From a virus: a stretch of 64,000 bases of DNA. The notes under the pieces are model-generated. The model did no database searches, was not told the DNA's origin, and was given only the letters and a program-made list of their open reading frames with translations. The stretch lies in IMG/VR virus record IMGVR_UViG_3300033508_000321; one strand, given 5' to 3'. The position numbers and the translations under genes were made by a program. Numbering within the stretch: the first letter of the stretch is position 1; every line of letters begins with the position of its first letter. Below are positions 26,526 through 35,504 of the stretch, one piece after another.

Positions 26526-26933
26526 ATGATAAAAGTAAACAAAGATTTAAATTACGCAACACCGGGTGCAAGCGGCTTCGATATAGAGGCCGCAGAAAAA
26601 GTGATAATTAACGCAGGTAGGACAGTAAGGGTAAAAACCGGCTTGCGAGTTTCTTTGCCCTACGTAGTAGAATTACAAGTAAGACCAAGAAGCGGTTTAT
26701 CTTCGCAAGGTATATTCGTTGTATTGGGCACAGTGGATAGCGATTATCGTGGCGAAATTTCAGTGATAATTCACAATTCAACTGATGAGTTCTTTTTAGT
26801 AGAACCCGGAATGCGTATAGCACAGGGTGTTTTTTCCTATGTAGAACGTGAATTTACTGTTGTACCTGAGCAAGAAATTTTGGCGGAAAAAACCGAGCGA
26901 GGCGAAAATGGTTTTGGCAGTACCGGAATTTAA
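26526..26933 (+). CDS. dut: dUTP diphosphatase
   Basis: 'GASGFDI', 'RPRSGL', 'GTVDSDYRGEI' and 'RGENGFGSTG' are dUTPase motifs. I prefer ATG 26526 because the TTG start at 26505 lies inside the promoter box. Confidence 0.9.
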   Translation: MIKVNKDLNYATPGASGFDIEAAEKVIINAGRTVRVKTGLRVSLPYVVELQVRPRSGLSSQGIFVVLGTVDSDYRGEISVIIHNSTDEFFLVEPGMRIAQGVFSYVEREFTVVPEQEILAEKTERGENGFGSTGI

Positions 26934-26994
26934 AAAAATGGTATTAACAAACAGTTAACAACAACCAAAGAAAAACATAGATAATTTTACACCT

Positions 26995-27906
26995 ATGAAA
27001 AAAGCAGAAACACTTAGGCTCGATAAAACCACATTAGGGTTGCTCAAGAAGATGCGACCGGAAAGTGGGTTTTTTGTATGCAATGGCAGTTACATCATTG
27101 CGGAAAAAATATATGACGGACAATTGTGCCTTATAGGCTTAGCTTATGAAAGTGATAAAATGACCATACCCTACGCACTGGTAGAAATGGCTAAAAAGTC
27201 ACTCGTGCTGTTCTACGGCAGTAATGCGCTGGTGGATGATTTCGCAGTAAACTGGGATGCATGGGAACCATACGTTGAACCAGATTTCAAACCCAAAGGC
27301 GATGTGTGGATAGACGATGAAGTGGTAACAAACCTACAGCTATTGAAAGCGAGCACCGGTAGTAAAATGGAAGCTGTACGTGTCTTTGCTGATTTAGCCG
27401 GAAACGTTATCTTTGATAACGGCCTTGCATACGTTTCCAGTGGTCATTACGTCCATGTACAACACACACCGGTAGAAGAAAAATTTGCAATGCGGTTAGG
27501 TGCTATTCAGCACATACCAAACACCGGGTGCTTTTATGGTAAAACCGAAAAAGCTACGTATTTCTACAACGAAAATATAGCGGTAAAAATTTCGGATATG
27601 CCTAACTTGAAACTACCTGAGTACACAGTAGTAAAAGGGTTTTTCGAAAAGGAATACGAGAAACTGCTAACCATAGATAAACAAACGGTGGTTAATCATT
27701 GTAAAGTAGCTTTGGCGAAAGAACCTGAAAAAAGGCAGCATAATAGCCTTGTGATAGAATTAACACTTGAGGATATAACTATAAAAGTACGCCCAAAACA
27801 GATTTTGAACCTCTTAGCAGGTGTTTTGGATGACGTGCTTACTCTCGAACATACGACAAATTTCTTTTTAATAAACAGTAATATTTTAGTAGCTAAAATC
27901 AATTAA
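26995..27906 (+). CDS. Hypothetical protein
   Basis: 303 aa. A TTAACAA pair at 26944 and 26955 lies upstream. No motif recognised. Confidence 0.6.
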   Translation: MKKAETLRLDKTTLGLLKKMRPESGFFVCNGSYIIAEKIYDGQLCLIGLAYESDKMTIPYALVEMAKKSLVLFYGSNALVDDFAVNWDAWEPYVEPDFKPKGDVWIDDEVVTNLQLLKASTGSKMEAVRVFADLAGNVIFDNGLAYVSSGHYVHVQHTPVEEKFAMRLGAIQHIPNTGCFYGKTEKATYFYNENIAVKISDMPNLKLPEYTVVKGFFEKEYEKLLTIDKQTVVNHCKVALAKEPEKRQHNSLVIELTLEDITIKVRPKQILNLLAGVLDDVLTLEHTTNFFLINSNILVAKIN

Positions 27907-27910
27907 ACAA

Positions 27911-28399
27911 ATGGCAACACAATTCATTTTAACAGACCCAGAAATTCGAGTAATTGACAGCAAGGTATACGCATACTTGCATGACCTACCAAAAACAGAA
28001 ACGGTAGAGGTAGTGGATGATACACAACCGAAAGCCGAGGTGGTAAAACCTGAAGTAAAACCAGAGCCTAAAGTTGAACCAAAGGTTGAACCAAAGGTTG
28101 AACCGAAAGTAACGGAAACACGAAGCAAGAAAGCAATCGAAAAGACGGTGGAAAAATCTGAATCAAACACCGTATGGGACTGGTCAACTATCGGACGTGG
28201 TGAAATGTTCACACTCGAGCACGCAGATGGCAATTGCGAAGTGGTAGCCGAAAGCGTAAAAACATTGGCGGGCGAAACTACAGTTTTCGTAGAAGTACTA
28301 AAAAGTGAAAACGAAAACCTAACGGTAGGTAAAAAATACGAACTATCTACCATTGACGATTTCGGTGATTTCATCTTTAAAACAGGTAACGTATTATGA
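27911..28399 (+). CDS. Hypothetical protein with a (P-K-V-E)n repeat linker
   Basis: 162 aa. 'KPEVKPEPKVEPKVEPKVEPKV' is encoded by the 12-nt tandem repeats at 28046-28111. Confidence 0.6.
   Translation: MATQFILTDPEIRVIDSKVYAYLHDLPKTETVEVVDDTQPKAEVVKPEVKPEPKVEPKVEPKVEPKVTETRSKKAIEKTVEKSESNTVWDWSTIGRGEMFTLEHADGNCEVVAESVKTLAGETTVFVEVLKSENENLTVGKKYELSTIDDFGDFIFKTGNVL
28046..28111 (+). repeat. In-frame 12-nt tandem repeat (CCAAAGGTTGAA-like units)
   Basis: 'cctaaagttgaaccaaaggttgaaccaaaggttgaaccgaaagta', read directly. Confidence 0.8.
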
Positions 28400-28839
28400 A
28401 AAAAGTAGGCGAAGAGTTCGACAAAGCAACGGTAGTAACCACTATCAATGCCGCAGCTAACAATCTGGAATTGGCACGAAAAAAAGCTAAGGAGATCAAA
28501 GAAATTGAGGATGACTCGAAAAACATTCTTAGCGAGTTTTTCAATCCAAAGTACTCAGTTTTTCATGATAAAAAAGCTAAAAACGCAACGATTGACACCG
28601 GCGAATGGCAAGTGATAAACGAAAAGCGTGAATCATTGAAACAGAAAGCCGATGCACTGGCAAGCCTTGAGCAGATGATTGACAAAAAAGATTTGGCACG
28701 GTACACGGTAACTCAGGTAGTACTACCTGATGATGCGCTGGTAAACATGGTGCGGGGTGGCGTACTTACCGAAGAACAAGCAAACAGTTTGCTCGAGAGC
28801 AAAGTATCTTACGCACTCAAAGTAAAACGCTTAGCATGA
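28396..28839 (+). CDS. Hypothetical protein (helical)
   Basis: 147 aa. ATGA overlap. Confidence 0.55.
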   Translation: MKKVGEEFDKATVVTTINAAANNLELARKKAKEIKEIEDDSKNILSEFFNPKYSVFHDKKAKNATIDTGEWQVINEKRESLKQKADALASLEQMIDKKDLARYTVTQVVLPDDALVNMVRGGVLTEEQANSLLESKVSYALKVKRLA

Positions 28840-29243
28840 AAGCAGTAGAACCGCAAACAGAAAAAATAACGCCTCTCTCTTACGAGAGGCTTATTACCCT
28901 CCCGCTTGTCAGTATCAATAGCATTAACAATATTTTCGGTCTGAAAGAAACCTCAGACATTAACGAAAAGTTGCAGAATATTATTGAAGCATCCAAAAAA
29001 GGTACGCCAAAGAACGTAGAAGCAATCATTAATGCTTATTCACAACGACGGGCTTATGTTACGATTGACTACACCAGAACCATCTCACCACAGAAATTTG
29101 AACCTATAAAACTGGGTGGTGGTGTTAGTATTCCGGTGGATTACACACCTGAGGAATTAAACCAAGCGATGAAAATTTGGCGGGAAACATTCCTAGAAAT
29201 GAAAGAACTGGTAGACAAAGAAGCAAAGAGTATGCTATCATGA
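28836..29243 (+). CDS. Hypothetical protein
   Basis: 135 aa. ATGA overlap. Confidence 0.55.
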   Translation: MKAVEPQTEKITPLSYERLITLPLVSINSINNIFGLKETSDINEKLQNIIEASKKGTPKNVEAIINAYSQRRAYVTIDYTRTISPQKFEPIKLGGGVSIPVDYTPEELNQAMKIWRETFLEMKELVDKEAKSMLS

Positions 29244-29806
29244 GAAAAACAAACTTAGATGAGTTAAATGATGATCAACTGTACGGCTATATGTTAGCCG
29301 TACATGGTGACCGTGGCCGGGTACACTTAGCAAACTCAGATTCGAAGTACATGAAACGCTTGTACGAAAGCGGGTATGTGACGAAAGATGGTAATTTTTA
29401 CTTGTTTGTTGCTACGCTCATTGATCAACCTGTGAGGTATGATTTCCCGGAAAGTTACAAGAATTTTTTAGAGGAATTTCGCAGCAATGCAACAACTTAC
29501 GGAAAGGGTACGGTACAGCATAACAACTTGAGTAACCTCATCCTTAGTCGGGTGAATACCGGAATAATGAGTGATGTAGATTTATGCAAATTTGCTTCTT
29601 TGTTGGTTGCTATTCGTGACGAAAATCTTACTTTTAACCCATCTTACACGCCCATAGCAAGCGAAAAAGCGGTGGCAAAGGGTATTTTATCTATGGCGGG
29701 GTTAAAAACGATTATAGACAACATGGTAGAATATTATTTATTTGACTCGAAAAAGCCCTCATCGTTAATTCAATACTATTACAATTTCAAAGCAGTATGC
29801 AGTTAA
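29240..29806 (+). CDS. Hypothetical protein (helicase-associated by position)
   Basis: 188 aa from ATG 29240 (ATGA overlap). The track start at 29177 would overlap the upstream gene by 67 nt. Confidence 0.5.
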   Translation: MRKTNLDELNDDQLYGYMLAVHGDRGRVHLANSDSKYMKRLYESGYVTKDGNFYLFVATLIDQPVRYDFPESYKNFLEEFRSNATTYGKGTVQHNNLSNLILSRVNTGIMSDVDLCKFASLLVAIRDENLTFNPSYTPIASEKAVAKGILSMAGLKTIIDNMVEYYLFDSKKPSSLIQYYYNFKAVCS

Positions 29807-30990
29807 ATTTACTATACGCAGTAATCCATAAATCGGATACCAAGATTTTAGCCAGTATCAAAGAAGAATTTTTTGATGATGATCACAAAGAAATTTTGCG
29901 TTTCGTTCGATTACATCATGCGAAGTATGGTAAATTTCCTGATGCAGAAACTGTAGAGCAGGAATTTGAAATTGAGTTTGAAAGAACCTCTGATCCCGCA
30001 CAATTTTGGTACGATAAATTACTGGTGAAATACCGTGAACGTTTGGTAGAGGAAGCGGTAAAAGAGGCGGTGAGGAAAAAAACCATCGAACCGTTCGCAG
30101 AAGCAATACAAAAATGGCATAAAGCCGATGGTAATGGCGAGGTAATAAACTACGGCGATAATACAGACGAACGCTTGCAGGTGTATACCGACCGACTGGG
30201 TACAAGTGGTATAGCTTACCTTAGTACCGGCGTACCTGAATTGGATGATCTCACTTTCGGAATCGGGAAGACTGACTATTGGTTAATCGGGGGGCAAGAG
30301 GGTGTTGGTAAAACATGGTGGCTGCTTCGCTTAGCGTACGGTATGAGTAACTCAGTACGTAGGTTGAAAGAAACACGTGGTAGACCGATATTTTTCATCA
30401 ACAATGAAATGGACGTTACTGAATTGATTGAACGCGTAGATGCGATGCAAGCACGAATAAGCTATACAAGGCTTACCACGGGCAAACTAAATGTGCAAGA
30501 ACAGGAAACACTTAGAGACTATTTGAGCACGGTAAAAGCGAGGAAAAATAGCGGAAAAGAGATATTCCGAGTGGTGAATGATATTAACCGAGTATCGGAA
30601 ATAGAACAGCTAATAAATCTATACAATCCGGCAATGATTATAGTGGATGGTATACACTTAGTAAGTAAGTCTTTCGATTGGCAGGACATGATGACTGCTA
30701 ACCGTGACCTGAAAGCACTCACACGCAGGTATAACGTACCAATTATTTCAGCGGCGCACCTGAAAGCAAAAGCGGGTGTAAAAGAAGATGAGGTAAACAC
30801 CGATTCTTTTGCATACTTCAAAGGTGCTAGAGATGCTGATGTAAGTTTTGTCTTTTTTCAAGATGACCAAATGGCCAATGATGATGAAATCGGGCTAAAA
30901 ATGGTAAAAGGGCGCAAAGGGCAAAAAGGTGCGATACTGTATAGGAATCACAGAGAAACAACCGAACAAACAATAATAAGAGTAGTATGA
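29797..30990 (+). CDS. Replicative DNA helicase (DnaB-like)
   Basis: 'STGVPELDDLTFGIGKTDYWLIGGQEGVGKTWWLL' is the DnaB C-domain Walker A context. Walker B-like 'AMIIVDGIHL'. Confidence 0.8.
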   Translation: MQLNLLYAVIHKSDTKILASIKEEFFDDDHKEILRFVRLHHAKYGKFPDAETVEQEFEIEFERTSDPAQFWYDKLLVKYRERLVEEAVKEAVRKKTIEPFAEAIQKWHKADGNGEVINYGDNTDERLQVYTDRLGTSGIAYLSTGVPELDDLTFGIGKTDYWLIGGQEGVGKTWWLLRLAYGMSNSVRRLKETRGRPIFFINNEMDVTELIERVDAMQARISYTRLTTGKLNVQEQETLRDYLSTVKARKNSGKEIFRVVNDINRVSEIEQLINLYNPAMIIVDGIHLVSKSFDWQDMMTANRDLKALTRRYNVPIISAAHLKAKAGVKEDEVNTDSFAYFKGARDADVSFVFFQDDQMANDDEIGLKMVKGRKGQKGAILYRNHRETTEQTIIRVV

Positions 30991-31256
30991 CAGTACCACA
31001 ATATTACAAAGGGAAAATCTTGTACGAGCAAATAAAACGGCAGGGAAGCATGATGGATTTCTTCTTCGATAAAGAAGCAGGTATAAAAGCAACCGAGGAA
31101 ACTGCCATAGGTACGCTGGTACAGTTTCTTACCGGCGCAAAAAATATCGGTGACGATGCCACTAAAAAACGTTTAGCTTTACAGGCAGTTTATGAGATAG
31201 CTACAATACTGAAAGAAGAACATACTGAGATGCTGAAAGAATTTGAAAACTTGTAG
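30987..31256 (+). CDS. Hypothetical protein
   Basis: 89 aa. ATGA overlap. Confidence 0.5.
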   Translation: MTVPQYYKGKILYEQIKRQGSMMDFFFDKEAGIKATEETAIGTLVQFLTGAKNIGDDATKKRLALQAVYEIATILKEEHTEMLKEFENL

Positions 31257-31259
31257 AAT

Positions 31260-32138
31260 ATGATATTAGATCAATATATGCTACAGCTACAAGGCGCAAG
31301 AAAAACACCACACGGGTATAATAGCTACTGCCCGCACCCAGACCATGTACATAAGAATAGTAAGTCATTTCATGTGAATTTACAGAAAGGGTACACAAAA
31401 TGTTTTTCGTGCGGAAAATTCATGCCGTTATTCGATTTTCTTATTGAAAGAAAAGTACCGTTTGACATAGCAGTAGATTACTTATTTGCAACGAAATTCG
31501 AGGACTTAGGGCTGCAAGAATTTACAAAGCCACAGCTAGGTACTAAGATACCGAAAAGCATGATAGACCGTGGTTTTTTAGTTGATACGCTTCTTCATTT
31601 TGAGGTTGGTTATGACGATGTAGAACAACGCACAACGATACCGCTCAGAATGAATAACACGCTTTTCGGCATTGTTTTTCGTGAGTACCCGAAGAAGTTT
31701 TACACTAGTGAGGGTTTTTCCCGCCAAAATTTTCTGTACAACTACGAAAAAACGCAAAAAAGATACTACGTAGAAGGTTTTACTGACTGCTGGAAACTAT
31801 GGCAACATGGTACACGAAATGTATCTGCAACACTGGGGACAAAGCCGGCAGAAGGACAGTTAAAACTGATGCGAAAGCATGACTTAGTGGTGATAGTACC
31901 TGATTACGATGTGCAGATGAAAAACGATGTTTTAGAATCGCCCGGAATATCGAATGCATACTACATCTACGAGCATCTAAAATACGATACCGAAGTACAC
32001 GTGGCTGTTTATGGTGCTACCGGCGACAAAATAGACCCGGGTGAAACAACACCCGAAAATTGGAAAAATCGGCGGGAAATACATTTTATGGAATTTGACT
32101 TAGAAATACAAAAAAACTTACCAAAATTAAGGCTATGA
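31260..32138 (+). CDS. DNA primase (DnaG-like: CHC2 zinc finger plus TOPRIM)
   Basis: 'CPHPDHVHKNSKSFHVNLQKGYTKCFSCGK' (CHC2 finger). 'YVEGFTDCWKLWQHG' and 'VPDYD' (TOPRIM). Confidence 0.8.
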   Translation: MILDQYMLQLQGARKTPHGYNSYCPHPDHVHKNSKSFHVNLQKGYTKCFSCGKFMPLFDFLIERKVPFDIAVDYLFATKFEDLGLQEFTKPQLGTKIPKSMIDRGFLVDTLLHFEVGYDDVEQRTTIPLRMNNTLFGIVFREYPKKFYTSEGFSRQNFLYNYEKTQKRYYVEGFTDCWKLWQHGTRNVSATLGTKPAEGQLKLMRKHDLVVIVPDYDVQMKNDVLESPGISNAYYIYEHLKYDTEVHVAVYGATGDKIDPGETTPENWKNRREIHFMEFDLEIQKNLPKLRL

Positions 32139-32248
32139 GTACTACAGAAATCATTTTAACAATCATAACGTTAGCAGTTATGTCATTCACAACCGTAGGA
32201 CTTTTCATGCTTGCAGAAATGTGGGCAAAAAAGAGCCGCAAGAAGTAG
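32135..32248 (+). CDS. 37-aa single-pass membrane peptide (not in the ORF track)
   Basis: ATGA overlap with the primase stop. 'MSTTEIILTIITLAVMSFTTVGLFMLAEMWAKKSRKK', hand translated, stop TAG 32246-32248. Confidence 0.45.
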   Translation: MSTTEIILTIITLAVMSFTTVGLFMLAEMWAKKSRKK

Positions 32249-32289
32249 ATTATTAACAACCAGTTAACAAATCACTAGCTATAAATTTA

Positions 32290-32297
32290 TACTTTTG
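32290..32297 (+). promoter_or_regulatory. TAnnTTTG box upstream of the SSB-like gene
   Basis: TACTTTTG. A TTAACAA pair at 32253 and 32264 lies upstream. Confidence 0.45.
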
Positions 32298-32345
32298 TAA
32301 TGAAGGCACAACGCCGAATTTTTAACCATTTTAATAATAATTTTT

Positions 32346-33023
32346 ATGAAACCAGTACAAAAAAGTACACAAAACGAACAACCCACTTCATGGGATGATT
32401 TACGGAAAAAAGCAGAATCCACAGGCTTTAAAAAACGTGAGGACGAAAACGGATTCTCAAAAGAAACCACAAATTTCTACGTTAGTGCGGACGACGGTAA
32501 AGCCGAAATTGTATTACTTGACCCCGGCACGTTTCCGCTAACCGTTCGGGTACACAACGTGAAAATGAAAAGTAAAAACGGGAAGGAGTATTACCATACC
32601 GAAACCTGCCAGAAATCAGAGCAAGATCATTGCACGTTATGTGATGCAAAAAAAGCGGGAAATGGTGCGATTAGCGATGCATACGATGTATTCGCATTCA
32701 CAGTGCTCGACCTTCGTGGTAAACGTGCCGAAGACGGAAAATTTGATGGCGAACCAACACCCCTAATTTGGATGGCGACCAAAAAAATGCTGATGCAGCT
32801 AATCGAATTGAAAGAGCAATACGAAGACCTTAGTGGTTTGGTGCTCGAGGTAAAGCGCCTGAACAAAGACACCTATGTAACGGTGAAGATGGAGAAAGAT
32901 CCAAAAAACCCACGTGTTCAACGCATGGTACAGTGGGAAGAAGAACTACCGGTTGCGCTACCAAATCGTGATTTCCTTTGGGAAGCACAAAGTGATAAGG
33001 ATCTAGCTTGGTTACTAAAATAG
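32346..33023 (+). CDS. Putative ssDNA-binding protein (T4 gp32-like zinc site)
   Basis: 'AEIVLLDPGTFPLTVRVHNVKMKSKNGKEYYHTETCQKSEQDHCTLC' parallels T4 gp32 'AVIRFLPS...[29 protein letters not shown]' (from memory). It has its own promoter and terminator. Confidence 0.5.
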   Translation: MKPVQKSTQNEQPTSWDDLRKKAESTGFKKREDENGFSKETTNFYVSADDGKAEIVLLDPGTFPLTVRVHNVKMKSKNGKEYYHTETCQKSEQDHCTLCDAKKAGNGAISDAYDVFAFTVLDLRGKRAEDGKFDGEPTPLIWMATKKMLMQLIELKEQYEDLSGLVLEVKRLNKDTYVTVKMEKDPKNPRVQRMVQWEEELPVALPNRDFLWEAQSDKDLAWLLK

Positions 33024-33029
33024 TGAGGG

Positions 33030-33052
33030 GCGGGGCTTAACCCCGCTTTTTT
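33030..33052 (+). terminator. Rho-independent terminator
   Basis: GCGGGG-cttaa-CCCCGC followed by TTTTTT. Confidence 0.7.
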
Positions 33053-33055
33053 ATT

Positions 33056-33283
33056 ATGTTACATCTCACACCAAAAGCGTATATTCAATTCATGGACTGG
33101 CTATCATTGTATAGCAATGAGATTGAAGAAAAAACCGGCCTAAATGCGTATGATTACGTAGTACAGCCGGTAGGCACACCACTTGGACTTACAGTAGGTA
33201 AGTTTCCCGAACCTCTGGCAATGTATATCATTGCACACTGCACGCAGCAAGAACCAGTAACAAAATTAAAGAAGATATGGTAA
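33056..33283 (+). CDS. Hypothetical protein
   Basis: 75 aa. The ATG follows directly after the terminator T-run. Confidence 0.45.
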   Translation: MLHLTPKAYIQFMDWLSLYSNEIEEKTGLNAYDYVVQPVGTPLGLTVGKFPEPLAMYIIAHCTQQEPVTKLKKIW

Positions 33284-35292
33284 ATAAACTGATGCAGTGG
33301 TTTGAAGAAAACTATCGAATAATTAACACGTTGGATGATTTTTTGGCGTTTAATCTCGGAAAAGAATTTTCGTTTGATACCGAAACCACCGGGCTTAATC
33401 CTACAATAGCAAACCTGATTGGTGTTAGCTTTTGGGATCACAAAAATAGCCCGGTATTCGTACAGTTTAACTTTGAACATTTTTTCATTGGCCAAGTACC
33501 AGACCCAAAAAACGGGCGCAAAAAACTGAGTTTGAAAGTACCCTACAAAAAAGAGGATGCCATAAATTTAGCTGATGCACTGCCGCACCTGAGAGAGATA
33601 TTTACAGACGCAAAAATCGTTGGCGCAAATAGCAAGTTCGATGCCAAAATCATGATGCGATACGGCATTAAGTACGATATAATGGGTGATACCATGATAG
33701 CATCATTTTTAGCGGATAGCAGTACCGATAATGACCTGAAAAGTAATGCCCGAAGATACTTAGACCTTGACATGATAAGTTATGCAGAAACGGCGGGGGC
33801 GAAGAAAATCAAAGGTTTTCTAAATGTGGAATGGCCTAGCGTAGACTGGGAAAAATACGGGCGGTACGGTGCTTTAGATAGCTATTCTACGTACCTTTTG
33901 CATGATAAATTACTGGTTGAAATGGAAAATGCCGGAAAAAGTAAATTTGCAAGCATACCCGGCAGTGATGTTTTGAACTGTTACTATAACGTAGAACTAC
34001 CTTTGATACCGGTGGTTGCCGATATGGAATTTTCTGGTGTGAAAATAGATAAGCAATTGATACGAAACATTGCCAAAGATTTGGACAAGGAAATTGAAAA
34101 ATCGGAAAAGGCGATTTACGAAGCATCTGGGTGCAAGTTTAATATCGGAAGCAGTCAGCAATTAGGGGAAATCCTATTTACCCGAATGAAAATAAAACCA
34201 AAGAAACAAACGAAAGCGGGAAAAGACTCAGTAGATGAAGAAACGCTAAAAGAACTTGCTTTTGATGGTCACAAAATAGCAGATTACTTGCTCAGGTATA
34301 GAAAATTGTTAAAACTAAGTGGCACGTATACTGACTCACTTATTGAACAAGTTGATGCCGATGGTAGACTTCGGGCAGGTTTTAATCAAATTGGTGCTTT
34401 AACTGGCAGATTTTCAAGCAGTTCGCCAAATTTGCAGAATATACCGACGAACAAGAAATTTCGCATTCGTGATGCTTTTATTCCCGGCAATGGTAATGTT
34501 ATAGTAGGTGGTGACTTTAGTCAATTAGAGCTGCGTACAATGGCTCACATGAGCAAGGACAAAGCACTGATTGAAGCCTATCATAATAACGAGGATATAC
34601 ACCAAAAAACGGCAAACGGTATTAATAAAGCTAACGGTTTATCCATTACCAGATCAGAAGGTAAGACGTTGAATTTCAGTGTGTTGTATGGAATGTCAGC
34701 ACCTACGCTGATGTACACGATTAACATGAAATTGCGTGAAAATTTCCATGAGGGTTCTATCACGTTCGAGGAAATGAATAGTAAGTTAATCACAAAAGAA
34801 ACGGCGCAAAAGATGATCGACGGGTATTATTCTACCTACTCAGGATTCGAGAAAATGGGTGCACATGAAGTACAGAAAGCGAAAAAGCGAGGTTTTGCCA
34901 GTACGTTATCCGGTAGAGTAAGACACATACCAGAGTTGAAAGATAAAATGACTTTCGGTAGTGGTAAGCGTTACACGATTTCAACATGGATACAAGGCTC
35001 AGCAGCCGATATTGTGAAAATAGGCATGGTAAAGGCTTACTACGCATTAAAAGCGGAAGGAATACCATTTAAACCACTTTTACAGGTGCATGATGAATGG
35101 ATGCTCGAAGTACCGAGAAGTAAAGCAAAATTGGCGGAAGAAATCTTGAAACGTACAATCGAAAATTCAATGTCAGACTTCGCAGTACCTTTAATCTTCG
35201 ATACCGGAATTTATGAAACATGGGGTGAGGCAAAGTACGGAAAAAAGAAAAAAGACGATGTAGCAATGTTAAAAATACTGGGAATCATATGA
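33277..35292 (+). CDS. DNA polymerase, family A, with a 3'-5' exonuclease domain
   Basis: Exo I 'FSFDTETTGL'. Motif A 'DFSQLELRTMAH'. Motif B 'RSEGKTLNFSVLYGMS'. Motif C 'QVHDEWMLEV'. Also 'TGRFSSSSPNLQNIP'. Confidence 0.92.
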   Translation: MVNKLMQWFEENYRIINTLDDFLAFNLGKEFSFDTETTGLNPTIANLIGVSFWDHKNSPVFVQFNFEHFFIGQVPDPKNGRKKLSLKVPYKKEDAINLADALPHLREIFTDAKIVGANSKFDAKIMMRYGIKYDIMGDTMIASFLADSSTDNDLKSNARRYLDLDMISYAETAGAKKIKGFLNVEWPSVDWEKYGRYGALDSYSTYLLHDKLLVEMENAGKSKFASIPGSDVLNCYYNVELPLIPVVADMEFSGVKIDKQLIRNIAKDLDKEIEKSEKAIYEASGCKFNIGSSQQLGEILFTRMKIKPKKQTKAGKDSVDEETLKELAFDGHKIADYLLRYRKLLKLSGTYTDSLIEQVDADGRLRAGFNQIGALTGRFSSSSPNLQNIPTNKKFRIRDAFIPGNGNVIVGGDFSQLELRTMAHMSKDKALIEAYHNNEDIHQKTANGINKANGLSITRSEGKTLNFSVLYGMSAPTLMYTINMKLRENFHEGSITFEEMNSKLITKETAQKMIDGYYSTYSGFEKMGAHEVQKAKKRGFASTLSGRVRHIPELKDKMTFGSGKRYTISTWIQGSAADIVKIGMVKAYYALKAEGIPFKPLLQVHDEWMLEVPRSKAKLAEEILKRTIENSMSDFAVPLIFDTGIYETWGEAKYGKKKKDDVAMLKILGII

Positions 35293-35504
35293 GAGAATCA
35301 ATAAGACTTGAAACCGGACATAAACTAGATTACTACTTCGGTGATCTGGTTTACTTGAAATCAGACCCCGAACAAAGAATGCGGATAGTGGTAGGTGTAC
35401 TGCTTAGCCCTGACAAATGCGTGTGTTATCAGTTAGCCTGTGGTGAGGTGGTAAGTACACACTATTATGTAGAAATTTCAACCGATAAAAACGTGATGTT
35501 ATGA
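35289..35504 (+). CDS. Hypothetical protein
   Basis: 71 aa. ATGA overlaps on both sides. Confidence 0.5.
   Translation: MRESIRLETGHKLDYYFGDLVYLKSDPEQRMRIVVGVLLSPDKCVCYQLACGEVVSTHYYVEISTDKNVML

Noticed and set aside
27886-28374. 162-aa minus-strand ORF exactly mirroring 27911-28399
   Set aside because: The + strand product has normal composition and is translationally coupled to its neighbours. The minus product is S/T/F-rich and arises from the repeat complement.
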